Source: a virus (Duplodnaviria; Caudoviricetes). Taken from it: 64,000 bases of DNA. Every line of letters begins with the position of its first letter. The first letter of the stretch is position 1. This document shows, one piece after another, positions 44,056-53,317 of this stretch. Location of the stretch: positions 5,449 to 69,448 of the IMG/VR virus record IMGVR_UViG_2974689092_000001; one strand, given 5' to 3'. Below the pieces are notes generated by a model. It ran no database searches and had not been told where the DNA came from. It saw only the letters and a program-made list of their open reading frames with translations. Both the position numbers and the translations under genes were made by a program.

Positions 44056-46824
44056 TCAGTCGCCGCCGTTGACCTCGGCGGCAGCTCTGGCCCGGGCGTC
44101 CTCGGCGGTGGCGGTGCTCGGGATGTAGCGGGCACCGCTGGGGGTGCCGGTCAGTGTCTCGATCAGGTTGAAGCGCAGTGCCGTGTCCACCGCCTCGGCG
44201 ATGCGCTGCTTCCAATATGGCCCGGTGTCGTTGCGGCTGGCGGCGTAGCTGTCCGGGCGCACACCGACAACCAGCTCGGCGCGCGTAGCGCCTTGCTGCG
44301 GCAGCCTATCGACGAACTGGCGCACCCGGATGGCGGTTTCCACAATCGGCTCAGGCAGCGGGCGGGCCAGCACGATCTCTCCTTGCATCGGGTCAACGTC
44401 GCCGTTGGGGCCGGTGATGAGCGGCGCGTCGATGCCGCTGGCCTGGCGCATGAGCAGCGGGATGGCGTCGTCGAGCTGCTCGCAGTTCTTCTGCTTGGAA
44501 GTCCACAGCTCGATGGGTTTGCCCGGCAGCCGACCGTCGGCATCAGCGATCTGCTGGGTGTCCCAGGTGGCATCGCGCACCAGCAGCTCGGAGTCCAGCG
44601 CACCGTTGAGCGCCGAGGAGCCGCGCGCCACCTCCGGGGTGTGCTTGCCGGTGTGGTGAACCACGCAGACCCCGGCGTTGGTCAGCTCCTTGAGCTTGTC
44701 GAACCGGCGCACCGCGCGGCCCACGTCGGTGGCGCTGTTTTCTTCCAGCCCGGCGCTCATGCGCGCAAACGTGTCGAAGATGACCAGGCCGATGCCCTGG
44801 CGGCTGATGTAGGCGGCGATCTCGCCCCACGCCTCGTTGACGGCGTTGACCAGGATGATGCCGTTGCCCAGCAGCAGGTCATCGCCCAGGTCGATGTTGT
44901 GCTCGGCCTCCCACGCGCGCAGCCGTTGCACCGCCCCGGCCAGGCCCTCCCCGGGCAGGTACAGCACGCGCGTCTTGAGCGTCCTGCGGCCCTGCCATCG
45001 CTTGCCGGTGGCGATGTGGCAGGCCATGTCCAGCGCCACGGTGGACTTGCCGATGCCCGGCGCACCGATGACGCTGCTCAGCCCGCCGTGCTCGATCAGC
45101 CCGTCGATGATGTACTCCGGCGGCGGCATGTCGCGCCAGTGTGAGAACGGCGCGATGCGCGGCACCCCGGTGTGCTTGCTGTCGAACACGTCGGGGTCGG
45201 CGTTGGCCACCTCGTCGGGATACGGAGAGTCGGTTGGCTCGACCTTGGCGGGCACCAGGTCATCCAGCCCGGCCAGCATGTCGGCGCGCGACGGCTGGTG
45301 CTCGGCGGGCAGCGGGTCGCCGGTCTGTGGGGCGGTGAGCGTGCCGTCGGCGCGGTGCCCGCCGGTATCGGCAGCCTCGTCCTCGTCGTTGGCGTGCCAC
45401 AGCGTGCCGTCATCGTCGGCGGCGAACACCCCATCGGCGGTGTTGCACACCTCGCAGAACGTCTTGCCCGCGAAGGTGTCGTGGCCGGGGTCGGCGGCGG
45501 TGTCAGCGGGCAGCTCGAAACTACCGTCGCCGCTCTTGTCCAGGTCGGCATCGGTGCCGCGCGGGTCCAGGCCGACCTCCACGGTGTGGTCGGGCGTGAT
45601 GCCCAGGTCATCCATCGCCTTGCCGACGTTGCCGCCGTAGTTGATGAGCGCCACGGCCTGGAGCTTGGAGAACGTCGGCGTCCAGGCCGGGTCGTCCATG
45701 TGGTCGGTGAACGGCGGCGCGTCGTGGTCGGTCCACAGGTGCAGCGGCGCGTTGGTCTCGGTGTAGCGCCCGGCGGCGCAGCCGGTGTCGTGCGCGGTGG
45801 CCGACTTCGGGCTGGCGTGCGGGCCAGGCGCGCTCCAGACCGCACAGCCACAGCTGTCGGCGCGCGGGGCCGGTGCCCAGCCCATCGGTTCCAGGATCGA
45901 GGCCCAACTGACCTGCTCGGCCCAGGCGTCGATGTGGTTGCTCAGCTCGCTGTTCTCGCCTTCGACGCGACCGTCGGCCTGCACGGCGCGGTCCACCCGG
46001 CGCTGCCCGGCCTCCAGGATTTTGTCGGCCAGCCAGCCGGGCAGCGGGTAGACGTGGCCCAGCTGCTCGTAGCGGCCTTCCGGGCGGGTGGACGGTGGGA
46101 TCAGCACGTAGCGGCGGTCCCACAGCACGGCGAACCCGTGGTCGCCGCCCCAGGTCATCGCACCGATGTGGCGTGGCAGCACCGGCAGCAGCTCATCAGG
46201 GACGGTGAAGTAGAAGTGACCGCCGTCGCTGTGGTGCCAGGTGCCGTTGGCGTCCTGCTGGCCAGGGGTGAGCACGGTGGGCGCGGGCAGGTCGTCGGCG
46301 TCCGGGTCCAGCTCGTTGGCCTCAAACCAGCGGCGCATCTGCGCGGCGGTGTCGCAGTCGATGACCACCAGGCCCGAGGCACCGACCTCCACGGCCAGGT
46401 TGACCGCTGCCGGGGTGCCGATTTGAATCTCGCCCGCGTCGGCGCGCTTCTTGGAGTAGGCGGTCTCCACGGTCCACTCGCCGTCGGGGGCGCGCTCGAC
46501 CCAGGTGGAGAACACCTCGATGTAACGCTTGAGGTACCGCTCCAGGGTGGCCTTGTCGGAGGTGGCCAGGGCCAGCCCGGCGGGGGACTTGACGTTGGCC
46601 CAGTCGCGGCGACCGGCATCGCGGGCCTGCTCCTGGGCAGCCTTGTCATCAGCGCGGCGCTTGGCCGGTGTGCGCATGTCGGCGGGCACCTTGCTGCCCG
46701 GGTGGATGAACAGCAACGACAGGCCGATGTCGGCAGCCTGGCGCACGAACGAGCGCACGGCCTCGTGGTCGGTGTTGTCAACGCCGGAGCCGAGCACGGC
46801 CTCCAGTGGTGCGGAACCCAGCAT
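44056..46824 (-). CDS. Bifunctional primase/polymerase fused to AAA (RepA-like) helicase
   Basis: Prim-Pol motifs 'NLAV...LVVIDCD...GGHFYF...YVLIPPS'; Walker A 'GAPGIGKST', Walker B 'LVIFDT' and 'VHHTGK'. Confidence 0.88.
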   Translation of the reverse strand: MLGSAPLEAVLGSGVDNTDHEAVRSFVRQAADIGLSLLFIHPGSKVPADMRTPAKRRADDKAAQEQARDAGRRDWANVKSPAGLALATSDKATLERYLKRYIEVFSTWVERAPDGEWTVETAYSKKRADAGEIQIGTPAAVNLAVEVGASGLVVIDCDTAAQMRRWFEANELDPDADDLPAPTVLTPGQQDANGTWHHSDGGHFYFTVPDELLPVLPRHIGAMTWGGDHGFAVLWDRRYVLIPPSTRPEGRYEQLGHVYPLPGWLADKILEAGQRRVDRAVQADGRVEGENSELSNHIDAWAEQVSWASILEPMGWAPAPRADSCGCAVWSAPGPHASPKSATAHDTGCAAGRYTETNAPLHLWTDHDAPPFTDHMDDPAWTPTFSKLQAVALINYGGNVGKAMDDLGITPDHTVEVGLDPRGTDADLDKSGDGSFELPADTAADPGHDTFAGKTFCEVCNTADGVFAADDDGTLWHANDEDEAADTGGHRADGTLTAPQTGDPLPAEHQPSRADMLAGLDDLVPAKVEPTDSPYPDEVANADPDVFDSKHTGVPRIAPFSHWRDMPPPEYIIDGLIEHGGLSSVIGAPGIGKSTVALDMACHIATGKRWQGRRTLKTRVLYLPGEGLAGAVQRLRAWEAEHNIDLGDDLLLGNGIILVNAVNEAWGEIAAYISRQGIGLVIFDTFARMSAGLEENSATDVGRAVRRFDKLKELTNAGVCVVHHTGKHTPEVARGSSALNGALDSELLVRDATWDTQQIADADGRLPGKPIELWTSKQKNCEQLDDAIPLLMRQASGIDAPLITGPNGDVDPMQGEIVLARPLPEPIVETAIRVRQFVDRLPQQGATRAELVVGVRPDSYAASRNDTGPYWKQRIAEAVDTALRFNLIETLTGTPSGARYIPSTATAEDARARAAAEVNGGD

Positions 46825-46865
46825 GGTCAGTCCTTCGTGGTTGTGGTTGTGGGGTTGCGGAGAGG

Positions 46866-47372
46866 TCAGGCGGTGGTGGCGATGTCGCCGCCGAGCGCCA
46901 GGTAGCCTACGGCGTCGATCCAGGAGTCCAGGTGTGCCGGTGAGTTGCACAGCCGCCCGACCTTGACCAGTGCCATGCACAGCGCGACCTGCTCAGGACG
47001 CACCTCGGGCAGGCCGAGCACAGCCGCCCACATTCTGCCGGTGCGGATGAAGTCGGTGCGTGCATCGCCGTAGGTGTCCTGACGGTCGCCGTTGATGAGC
47101 GAGAGAGCCGTGTTGACGATGTGCTCGCGGCGCGCCCGGCTGTCGGCGGGGCGCTCGGCGGCGGTGGTGATCGGCGGCATGTCGGCGTAGAGCTGAGTCG
47201 GGCCGTCATCGGGTGTCCAGCCTTCAGCGGCGCGTTCGGCGAGGCTGGGCGGCTCCGGGTACATCGACTTCACCTTGGGCGCGTGCGCCGGGCAGTTGGC
47301 GTCGAGGCTGGCCATGTCGGGACAGGTGCAGTCGCCGGGCGCTGAGCCGAGTGGCAGCTGTGGATCGCTCAT
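46866..47372 (-). CDS. DUF6378-like protein
   Basis: 'LINGDRQDTYGD...MALVKVGRL...DSWIDAVGYLALG'. Confidence 0.75.
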   Translation of the reverse strand: MSDPQLPLGSAPGDCTCPDMASLDANCPAHAPKVKSMYPEPPSLAERAAEGWTPDDGPTQLYADMPPITTAAERPADSRARREHIVNTALSLINGDRQDTYGDARTDFIRTGRMWAAVLGLPEVRPEQVALCMALVKVGRLCNSPAHLDSWIDAVGYLALGGDIATTA

Positions 47373-47496
47373 CGTGTTCACTCCTTGGTTGTGGTTGTGC
47401 GGGGTGCAGACCAGCCAGCCTAAACCCCATGTCAGGCCGGGGATTCCAGCCACTAGATGCGGTGTGCGGTGCGCGTGTCGGTCCCAACATCTGCCC

Positions 47497-49338
47497 TTAC
47501 ACCTTGGCCCAGTGGTGGCCCATGTCGGCGCGGTCGGTGCGCAGCACCGGCACCCGCTCGGCCCACTCGATCAGGAACGGTGGCGGGGTCAGCATGATCT
47601 GGCGCACCTCGTCGGCCACCTCGGTGTCCACCACCACCTCGTCGTGCATGGCCAGCTGGAGGTGGTCGGCGATGCCCTGGCGCTCCATCTCCACGATGGT
47701 GTGCGCGAGCACGTCATAGGCGCTGCCCTGGACGGTGTAGTTGACCGCGCGGTAGACACCGCCCGCGTCCACCGGCAGGATGCGTCCGCCAGCGGTGATC
47801 GTCATGCCGCAGGCGGTGGCCACGTCCTGGACCTTGAACATCCACCGCTCGCAGCGGCGCATGGCGTTGAACATCTGCCGCCTGATCTGGGCGGCTGACT
47901 CCTCGGTGTGGCCGATGGTGCGCGCCAGTTTGGCGGTGCCCTGGCCGTACATCGTGGCCAGCAGCACCACCTTGGCGGTGGGCCGGTCGATGCCGCAGGA
48001 GCGCATGATCGGCTCATACAAGTCGGCTCCGGCCTCAAACGGTGCCAGGAACTCGTGGTCCTTGGCCATCAGCGCCATCGTCACCGGCTCGATCTGGGAC
48101 CAGTCGATGCTGGTCAGGCCCTGGCCGTCGTCGCAGATCACCGGGCGCGCCTCGGCGGGGAACTGTTGCAGCTCGGGACTGCCGTAGGCCATGCGCCCCG
48201 TCGCGCTCGCGCCGAGCACGCCGACCTGGGGATGGCAGCGCCCGGTGACGCTGGCCTGGCGGTCCACCTTCTCCAGGTAGCCCATCACCTTCTCGATGGT
48301 GGCCAGGCGGCGCTGGGCCACGGCCAGCGGATGGTCCAGGGCGTCGAGGTCGGCCTTGGTCGCGCGCAGTGCGCCTTTGGGCGTGCGTGGCCAGGGCTGC
48401 GGCAGCTCGCCCCGTGAGTCGAGATAGGCCACCAGCTTCGCGCCCTTGCCGGTGCCGCCCTCCAGGCCATGAACGTGCAGCTCGGCCTGGGCGAGCGCCT
48501 GCTCGTTGGCGACCTGCTCGGCGTAGCGGTCCAGGTAGTCGCGGTCCACGGCCAGGCCCACCGCACTGCGGCGCAGCATCACCCGGTGGACGGTCTCCTG
48601 GATGGCCAGTTTGGCCAGCGCCTCGGCGGGTGTGGACGCCGCCCCGTAGCTGTTGACGAACGGGTGGTCCAGGCTCCAGTCGATGCACGCCTGGCGCAGC
48701 ACCGGCTCCAGGGCCAGGGTGGCCACGGTGTCGGCCATCGCACCGTAGCGGTAGATGGGGCTGTCGATGTCCATGCCTTCGTAGCCGGACTGCTGGGTGC
48801 GGTACCCGGCAGCCTTGAATGCGCGCTCCATGCCTCCGGTGCTGTCGGCCCAGCCCAGGAACTTGGTGGCCAGCGCCTCCAGCTTCTTGGACTGGCCGAA
48901 CGGCGGCGGCTCGGGCATCGCGTAGCGCGCGAGCACCACGGTGTCGATGACCCGGTTGATACCCGGGTGGTCGATCAGCTGTGCGTGAAACAGCGGCGGG
49001 ATGTCGAAGGCGGCGTTGTGAAAGATCAGCGCCCCGGCGTGGTCGAACAGATCGCGGCAGGCGTCGTGGGCCACCTCATCGCGCGCGGGGTCCAGCAGGA
49101 CGGCGGTGACCGCGCGTGCGCCGGGCATACGCCAGGCGGCGGTGACGCAGTTGATCGTGAAGCTGTTGTCCAGGCCCGGCGTCTCGATGTCGGCAGCCAG
49201 CGCTAGCGTGCGCGCGGGCGTGCGCGTGAACCGCTCGACGGCCCGCAACGCCTCGGTGCCGGTGTGCAGCGTCGCGCCGAGCACCGGGTCGTGCCAGGCG
49301 CGGTCAGGGACGCGCGGGCGGCGCGCGGTGGCGGTCAC
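47497..49338 (-). CDS. polA: DNA polymerase family A with 3'-5' exonuclease
   Basis: Exo motifs 'ADIETPG' / 'HNAAFD' / 'YGAMADT'; pol motifs 'SIDWSQIE', 'AKVVLLATMYG' and 'MHDEVV'. Confidence 0.92.
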   Translation of the reverse strand: MTATARRPRVPDRAWHDPVLGATLHTGTEALRAVERFTRTPARTLALAADIETPGLDNSFTINCVTAAWRMPGARAVTAVLLDPARDEVAHDACRDLFDHAGALIFHNAAFDIPPLFHAQLIDHPGINRVIDTVVLARYAMPEPPPFGQSKKLEALATKFLGWADSTGGMERAFKAAGYRTQQSGYEGMDIDSPIYRYGAMADTVATLALEPVLRQACIDWSLDHPFVNSYGAASTPAEALAKLAIQETVHRVMLRRSAVGLAVDRDYLDRYAEQVANEQALAQAELHVHGLEGGTGKGAKLVAYLDSRGELPQPWPRTPKGALRATKADLDALDHPLAVAQRRLATIEKVMGYLEKVDRQASVTGRCHPQVGVLGASATGRMAYGSPELQQFPAEARPVICDDGQGLTSIDWSQIEPVTMALMAKDHEFLAPFEAGADLYEPIMRSCGIDRPTAKVVLLATMYGQGTAKLARTIGHTEESAAQIRRQMFNAMRRCERWMFKVQDVATACGMTITAGGRILPVDAGGVYRAVNYTVQGSAYDVLAHTIVEMERQGIADHLQLAMHDEVVVDTEVADEVRQIMLTPPPFLIEWAERVPVLRTDRADMGHHWAKV

Positions 49339-49931
49339 CGGCCCTGCTCGCGCAGGAACTCGACGTAGCGCCGGATGCCCGCGATGTTCATGGTCACGCC
49401 CTCGGTGCGTTGCAAGTCCTCGCGGGCCTGTTCGATGGCGTCGGCACCGCGCTCCAGGCGCAGGCTCAGCGGCAGGTCATTGTCGGCGGTGGCACCGGCC
49501 TCCAGCCAGGCGGCGAACGTCTCGGCCATCGCCAGCACCGACGCGCTGCGCCTGTTGTGGGCGCAGTAGGCCACCGCGCACTCCAGGGCCTTCTCGCGTG
49601 CCCAGGTGCCGCCGTGGGTGCATTCGGCCAGCGCCTCGGAGAGCACCGGCAGCTCGGTGGGCAGGTAGTGGTCGGGGTTGAACTCGCCGAGCCGGATCAC
49701 CTGGCAGGGGAACGTGACGCCCGCTGACTCGATGGTCTGCGGCTCCCAGCCGCCGGGACTGATCCACACGTCCACCTGTGGGACGCCGGACTCGTTGCTC
49801 AGTTCGCGGCGCACGAACGCCACCGCCTCGCTGGTGGCATCGCCGGGGATGCGCAGCCAGCTGATGATGGTGCCGTCGGGCAGCGTGCGCAGATGCGCGG
49901 CGTCACGAATGTGGCCGGGTGGTGTGGTCAT
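49335..49931 (-). CDS. Hypothetical protein
   Basis: SD GGAAGG; high GC3. Confidence 0.6.
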   Translation of the reverse strand: MTTPPGHIRDAAHLRTLPDGTIISWLRIPGDATSEAVAFVRRELSNESGVPQVDVWISPGGWEPQTIESAGVTFPCQVIRLGEFNPDHYLPTELPVLSEALAECTHGGTWAREKALECAVAYCAHNRRSASVLAMAETFAAWLEAGATADNDLPLSLRLERGADAIEQAREDLQRTEGVTMNIAGIRRYVEFLREQGR

Positions 49932-50043
49932 GTCGGTGGCCTTCCAGGGGTGGGACTGGTCGATGGTGGGGTTGCCGGTGGCGGCTGTGTGCTCAACCGC
50001 CACCGGCCCCCGGCGCGCCCGGCAGGAAGCGCGCCGGGTTGTC

Positions 50044-50313
50044 TCATGCCTCCGGGTGCCCCGGTGGCGGTCCCGGTGGCAGGTCGTCGTCCTCGGCCAT
50101 CGCGCGCCGGGCTGCGGCCACCTCGTGGGGGTCAAAGCGCACCCCGGCGATGTGCAGCCCGCCGAGCACCTCGCCTTCCAGCTCCAGGGTCAGACAGATC
50201 GTCGGTGGCCGGTCGGTGCGCCCGCGCGCCCGGCCAGCGGCCCAGCCGATGGCGCGGCCTATCAGGTAGGCGATGCCGATGGCCACCGCGATCAGCAGTG
50301 CCTCCCAGCTCAT
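50044..50313 (-). CDS. Small membrane protein
   Basis: N-terminal TM 'WEALLIAVAIGIAYLIG'. Confidence 0.55.
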   Translation of the reverse strand: MSWEALLIAVAIGIAYLIGRAIGWAAGRARGRTDRPPTICLTLELEGEVLGGLHIAGVRFDPHEVAAARRAMAEDDDLPPGPPPGHPEA

Positions 50314-50591
50314 CGCACACCGCCCGTCAGCAGCCCGGCCAGGTCGGTGACGGTGGCCTGGGCCGGATGCGGGGTGGCCGTGGCGATGGCGCTCAGCACG
50401 CCGATGGCGCTGTAGTCGCCCGGGGCCACGCCCTGGGGGTTGTCCGGCCCGCAGACCTGGTTGCCGTGGACGCGGCAGTCAAAGGCCGGGTCGTCCTCGG
50501 CGGGGTGTGCGGTGACGCCCGGCGCGGCTGCCAGCGCGGCGGCCAGCACCGCTGCCAGTGCGGCGGCGGCGGTGGATCGTGGTCGGGACAT
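50310..50591 (-). CDS. Small secreted protein with 'DDPAFDCRVHGNQVCGP' motif
   Basis: Ala-rich signal peptide ending 'GVTA'; SD AGGAG. Confidence 0.65.
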   Translation of the reverse strand: MSRPRSTAAAALAAVLAAALAAAPGVTAHPAEDDPAFDCRVHGNQVCGPDNPQGVAPGDYSAIGVLSAIATATPHPAQATVTDLAGLLTGGVR

Positions 50592-50618
50592 GGTTGTCGC
50601 TCCTGTCGGTTGTGCCCG

Positions 50619-50650
50619 GGCGGGTCCGTCCCGCCGGGTTAGCAAGGTTA
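50619..50650 (-). promoter_or_regulatory. Partial class I unit (palindrome plus TAACCT -10)
   Basis: GGCGGG-N5-CCCGCC at 50619-50635; -10 at 50645-50650; no good -35. Confidence 0.55.
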
Positions 50651-50686
50651 TACCTTACCGGGCCGTGCCGCGTCTCGGCACTAACC

Positions 50687-51001
50687 CTACTTCGACGGTG
50701 TTCTCCTGTACCCGGCCATGCGCTGGCCCCGGTCGGCCCGGTAGAGCACCTCCACGGCCCCGGCCACATCGCGCGGCAGCGCGGCCATCAGGAACGTGAA
50801 CTCGCTGGGACTGACCGCCTCGCCGTGCCCGCCCCGGCGGTGGCTCAGCTCGTCGGCGATGGCGGCGATACCGCCGTAGTGCTTGTGGGCGATCTCGGGG
50901 CGGGCCACGCAGAACCCGAGGGTGAAGATCAGCGCGGCGGTGGGCACCTGGCTCAGCGGGGTGGTGCCGGGGTCGGGGGCGGCGGGGAGGTTGTGGGTCA
51001 T
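50687..51001 (-). CDS. Hypothetical protein
   Basis: First gene downstream of the consensus promoter; high GC3. Confidence 0.55.
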   Translation of the reverse strand: MTHNLPAAPDPGTTPLSQVPTAALIFTLGFCVARPEIAHKHYGGIAAIADELSHRRGGHGEAVSPSEFTFLMAALPRDVAGAVEVLYRADRGQRMAGYRRTPSK

Positions 51002-51072
51002 GGCGGTAGCTTACGCCGCACCGCCACAATCCCGTAAAGGTCGGGCAACTCGACCGGCCTCACGCGCGCGCG

Positions 51073-51102
51073 ATTATACAGCATCGCCCCCGATATTGTC
51101 AA
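51073..51102 (-). promoter_or_regulatory. Perfect consensus SigA promoter TTGACA-N18-TATAAT driving the leftward replication arm
   Basis: Plus strand reads ATTATA(51073-78)...TGTCAA(51097-102). Confidence 0.85.
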
Positions 51103-51308
51103 GGGGTTACATGGTCCTTGACACCTCCGGTAAGGTCAGCTTGCGACCGACCTACCGGCAGTCGCCAAGTCACGAGGATTCTCCTCGCCGCCACCGTGCC
51201 ACCGGCAATGCCAACGCGCCATCTCGTCCCCTGCGCTTCGCGGGGACTCACCCGCAAGGGCACCGACAAGGGCGGTGTGTGGGCGGGTGACATCGGTGTA
51301 ATTTCGTA

Positions 51309-51314
51309 TAACCT
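51309..51314 (+). promoter_or_regulatory. -10 element (TAACCT) with GTGACA 16 nt upstream, leaderless
   Basis: 7 nt to ATG 51322. Confidence 0.6.
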
Positions 51315-51321
51315 TGTTGAC

Positions 51322-52065
51322 ATGAGCACAACACCGACCAAGCGCAGCACGCGCATCATCCGCACTGATGTGGACATGGCCACCCTGGCCGCACAGATGT
51401 CCGAGCACAGCGGTGTGGGCAACGTCGAGGGCCTCATCCGCGACTACCGCCGATACACCGACCTGGCCGCTGCGCTGGGAACCAAGGCTGAGGTACGTCA
51501 GGCGGTGCGTGCCAAACTCGACCGGCTGATCGAGACACCCGGCGGTGCCTGGATCAATGGCGCACGGCTGACCAAGGTCACGCGCGGTGCCAAACCGCGC
51601 CGGGTCATCCGGGCGGCGGTGGTGGCCCAGCGTGCGCCACAGCTGTGGCTGGCCTCGCGCAAACCGACCACCGTCTTGGACATCAAGAGCGGGCTGGCCC
51701 TGGTCGGCAAGCAGGCGGTGCCGCCGATGCGCACCCAGGCCGAGGCGTGGAAGGCATACGAGCAGCTCAACCGGCGCGCCACCGACGCCAAGGCGCGCGC
51801 GGACACTGCCCGCGAGCAGCTGCGCGAGCTGTTCGAGGCGGTGGCCGATGTGTGGCCGCTCGAACAGCTGTACCTGACCAGCGACGGCTGGACGCTGGGA
51901 CGCAGCCAACGGCTGACGTTCGACGCCGGGCGGTGCCGTGAGCTGGCAGGCAGCCACGGTGTGGACGTGGCCGAGCTGGAGGTCGAGGAGCTGTCGCCGA
52001 TGAGCACCCACTACGTACTGGTCGATACCAGCGAGGGTGAGGCCGATGAGATCGACGGTCAGTAG
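51322..52065 (+). CDS. Hypothetical protein
   Basis: High GC3 from ATG 51322. Confidence 0.65.
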   Translation: MSTTPTKRSTRIIRTDVDMATLAAQMSEHSGVGNVEGLIRDYRRYTDLAAALGTKAEVRQAVRAKLDRLIETPGGAWINGARLTKVTRGAKPRRVIRAAVVAQRAPQLWLASRKPTTVLDIKSGLALVGKQAVPPMRTQAEAWKAYEQLNRRATDAKARADTAREQLRELFEAVADVWPLEQLYLTSDGWTLGRSQRLTFDAGRCRELAGSHGVDVAELEVEELSPMSTHYVLVDTSEGEADEIDGQ

Positions 52066-52086
52066 GCGCGCCTGCTGGCGGGTTAG

Positions 52087-52106
52087 CAAGGTTAGTCGTT
52101 ACCTTG
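52087..52106 (+). promoter_or_regulatory. Palindromic operator CAAGGT-N8-ACCTTG overlapping the -10 (TACCTT) of the RHH gene
   Basis: Read directly; 7 nt from the -10 to ATG 52113. Confidence 0.6.
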
Positions 52107-52112
52107 GTTGAC

Positions 52113-52379
52113 ATGACCACATACCAGCCTCCGCGCACCATCGTTCCGGGCCGTGGCCGACCGCGCGGCGACCGCCAGATCATGGTGCCGGTGAAGATGA
52201 CCGCCGAGGAGCGCGCCCGGTTCAAGGCGGCGTGCGCGCACGAGGGAAACCTGTCCTACGCCGAGCTGATCGTGCGCTGGCTCGACGAACGCGATGCCCG
52301 GCTGGCCCGGGCGCAGGCGCGCCAGGCCCATCCGCTGCACCGGCCAGCAGCACCGACCACCTCCCAGGAAACGACGTGA
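52113..52379 (+). CDS. Ribbon-helix-helix DNA-binding protein
   Basis: 'QIMVPVKMTAEERARFKAAC...SYAELIVRWL' gives the beta-alpha-alpha pattern. Confidence 0.7.
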   Translation: MTTYQPPRTIVPGRGRPRGDRQIMVPVKMTAEERARFKAACAHEGNLSYAELIVRWLDERDARLARAQARQAHPLHRPAAPTTSQETT

Positions 52380-52383
52380 ACAC

Positions 52384-52563
52384 ATGAGCAGCGGCGGTGA
52401 CATCGGCGGCATGACCGAGGCCGAGGTACGCGCCCGGCTGGGGCTGCCGCCCATCGACCGGGCACCGACCATCGAGGAGCGCATCGAGGCCCACATGGTG
52501 CGCGCCATGCCCGAGCCGCACAACGCCGAGGGCGAGATACTGTTCGGCGAGGACTGGCCGTGA
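52384..52563 (+). CDS. Small hypothetical protein
   Basis: 'MTEAEVRARLGLPPI'. Confidence 0.5.
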   Translation: MSSGGDIGGMTEAEVRARLGLPPIDRAPTIEERIEAHMVRAMPEPHNAEGEILFGEDWP

Positions 52564-52600
52564 CCGTACGCCCGGCACCCACCGGGGAACACTGGAGACC

Positions 52601-53317
52601 ATGACCGTCAACGACAGCGACCTGGCCGACTTCATCGACGACGCGGTGCTGGAGCGCCGGACCAAGGTGATGTTCCTGCGCAACGCCGGGGCGACACTTT
52701 CGGCCATCGCCAGGGAGGTCGGCGTGTCGGTGGCCACCGTGCGCAAAGACCTGATGATCGTCCGGCGCGACATCAACAACGAGCAGCCCGAGGACGTGAT
52801 CGCGCGCCACCGCGCGGTCATCTTCGACATCCAGCGCGCCAACTACCCGGCGATGATGCGCGGCGACCGCGACGCGGCGGCGACGATTCTGCGTGCCCTG
52901 GACCGCGAGGCCAAGCTGCTGGGCCTGGACGCACCCACCCGGGTGCTGGCCGGGGTCAGCGATGTCGAGTTCGCCAACGAGGCGGCGCGGCTGATCGAAC
53001 GTATCCAACAGCTCGACCCCACCACCTTGAAGGAGCTGGAACGTGCCCACCACACCTCGACCGACATCATCGACGCCACCGTCGAGCCTGCGCCACCGCC
53101 TGATGCGGCTGTGGCGGGCGTTGACGAGCCACCCGGGCAGCCCGGCGGCGATACCGGCCCCGGGGACGACCCCGACGATGCTGGACGCCCTGGCCCGCCC
53201 CGACAGCAGCCAGCCGCCGACCCAACCGCTGCCACCGCCACCGCCTGTGGGCCAGCTGACCTTCCCGGTGCTGTTATCGACGCCACCGACGACGACTGGT
53301 CCAACATCGAGGACTGA
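52601..53317 (+). CDS. HTH protein resembling terminase small subunit
   Basis: HTH 'GATLSAIAREVGVSVATVRKDL' and 'ILRALDREAKLLGLDAP', recalled from actinophage TerS-like proteins. Confidence 0.6.
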   Translation: MTVNDSDLADFIDDAVLERRTKVMFLRNAGATLSAIAREVGVSVATVRKDLMIVRRDINNEQPEDVIARHRAVIFDIQRANYPAMMRGDRDAAATILRALDREAKLLGLDAPTRVLAGVSDVEFANEAARLIERIQQLDPTTLKELERAHHTSTDIIDATVEPAPPPDAAVAGVDEPPGQPGGDTGPGDDPDDAGRPGPPRQQPAADPTAATATACGPADLPGAVIDATDDDWSNIED

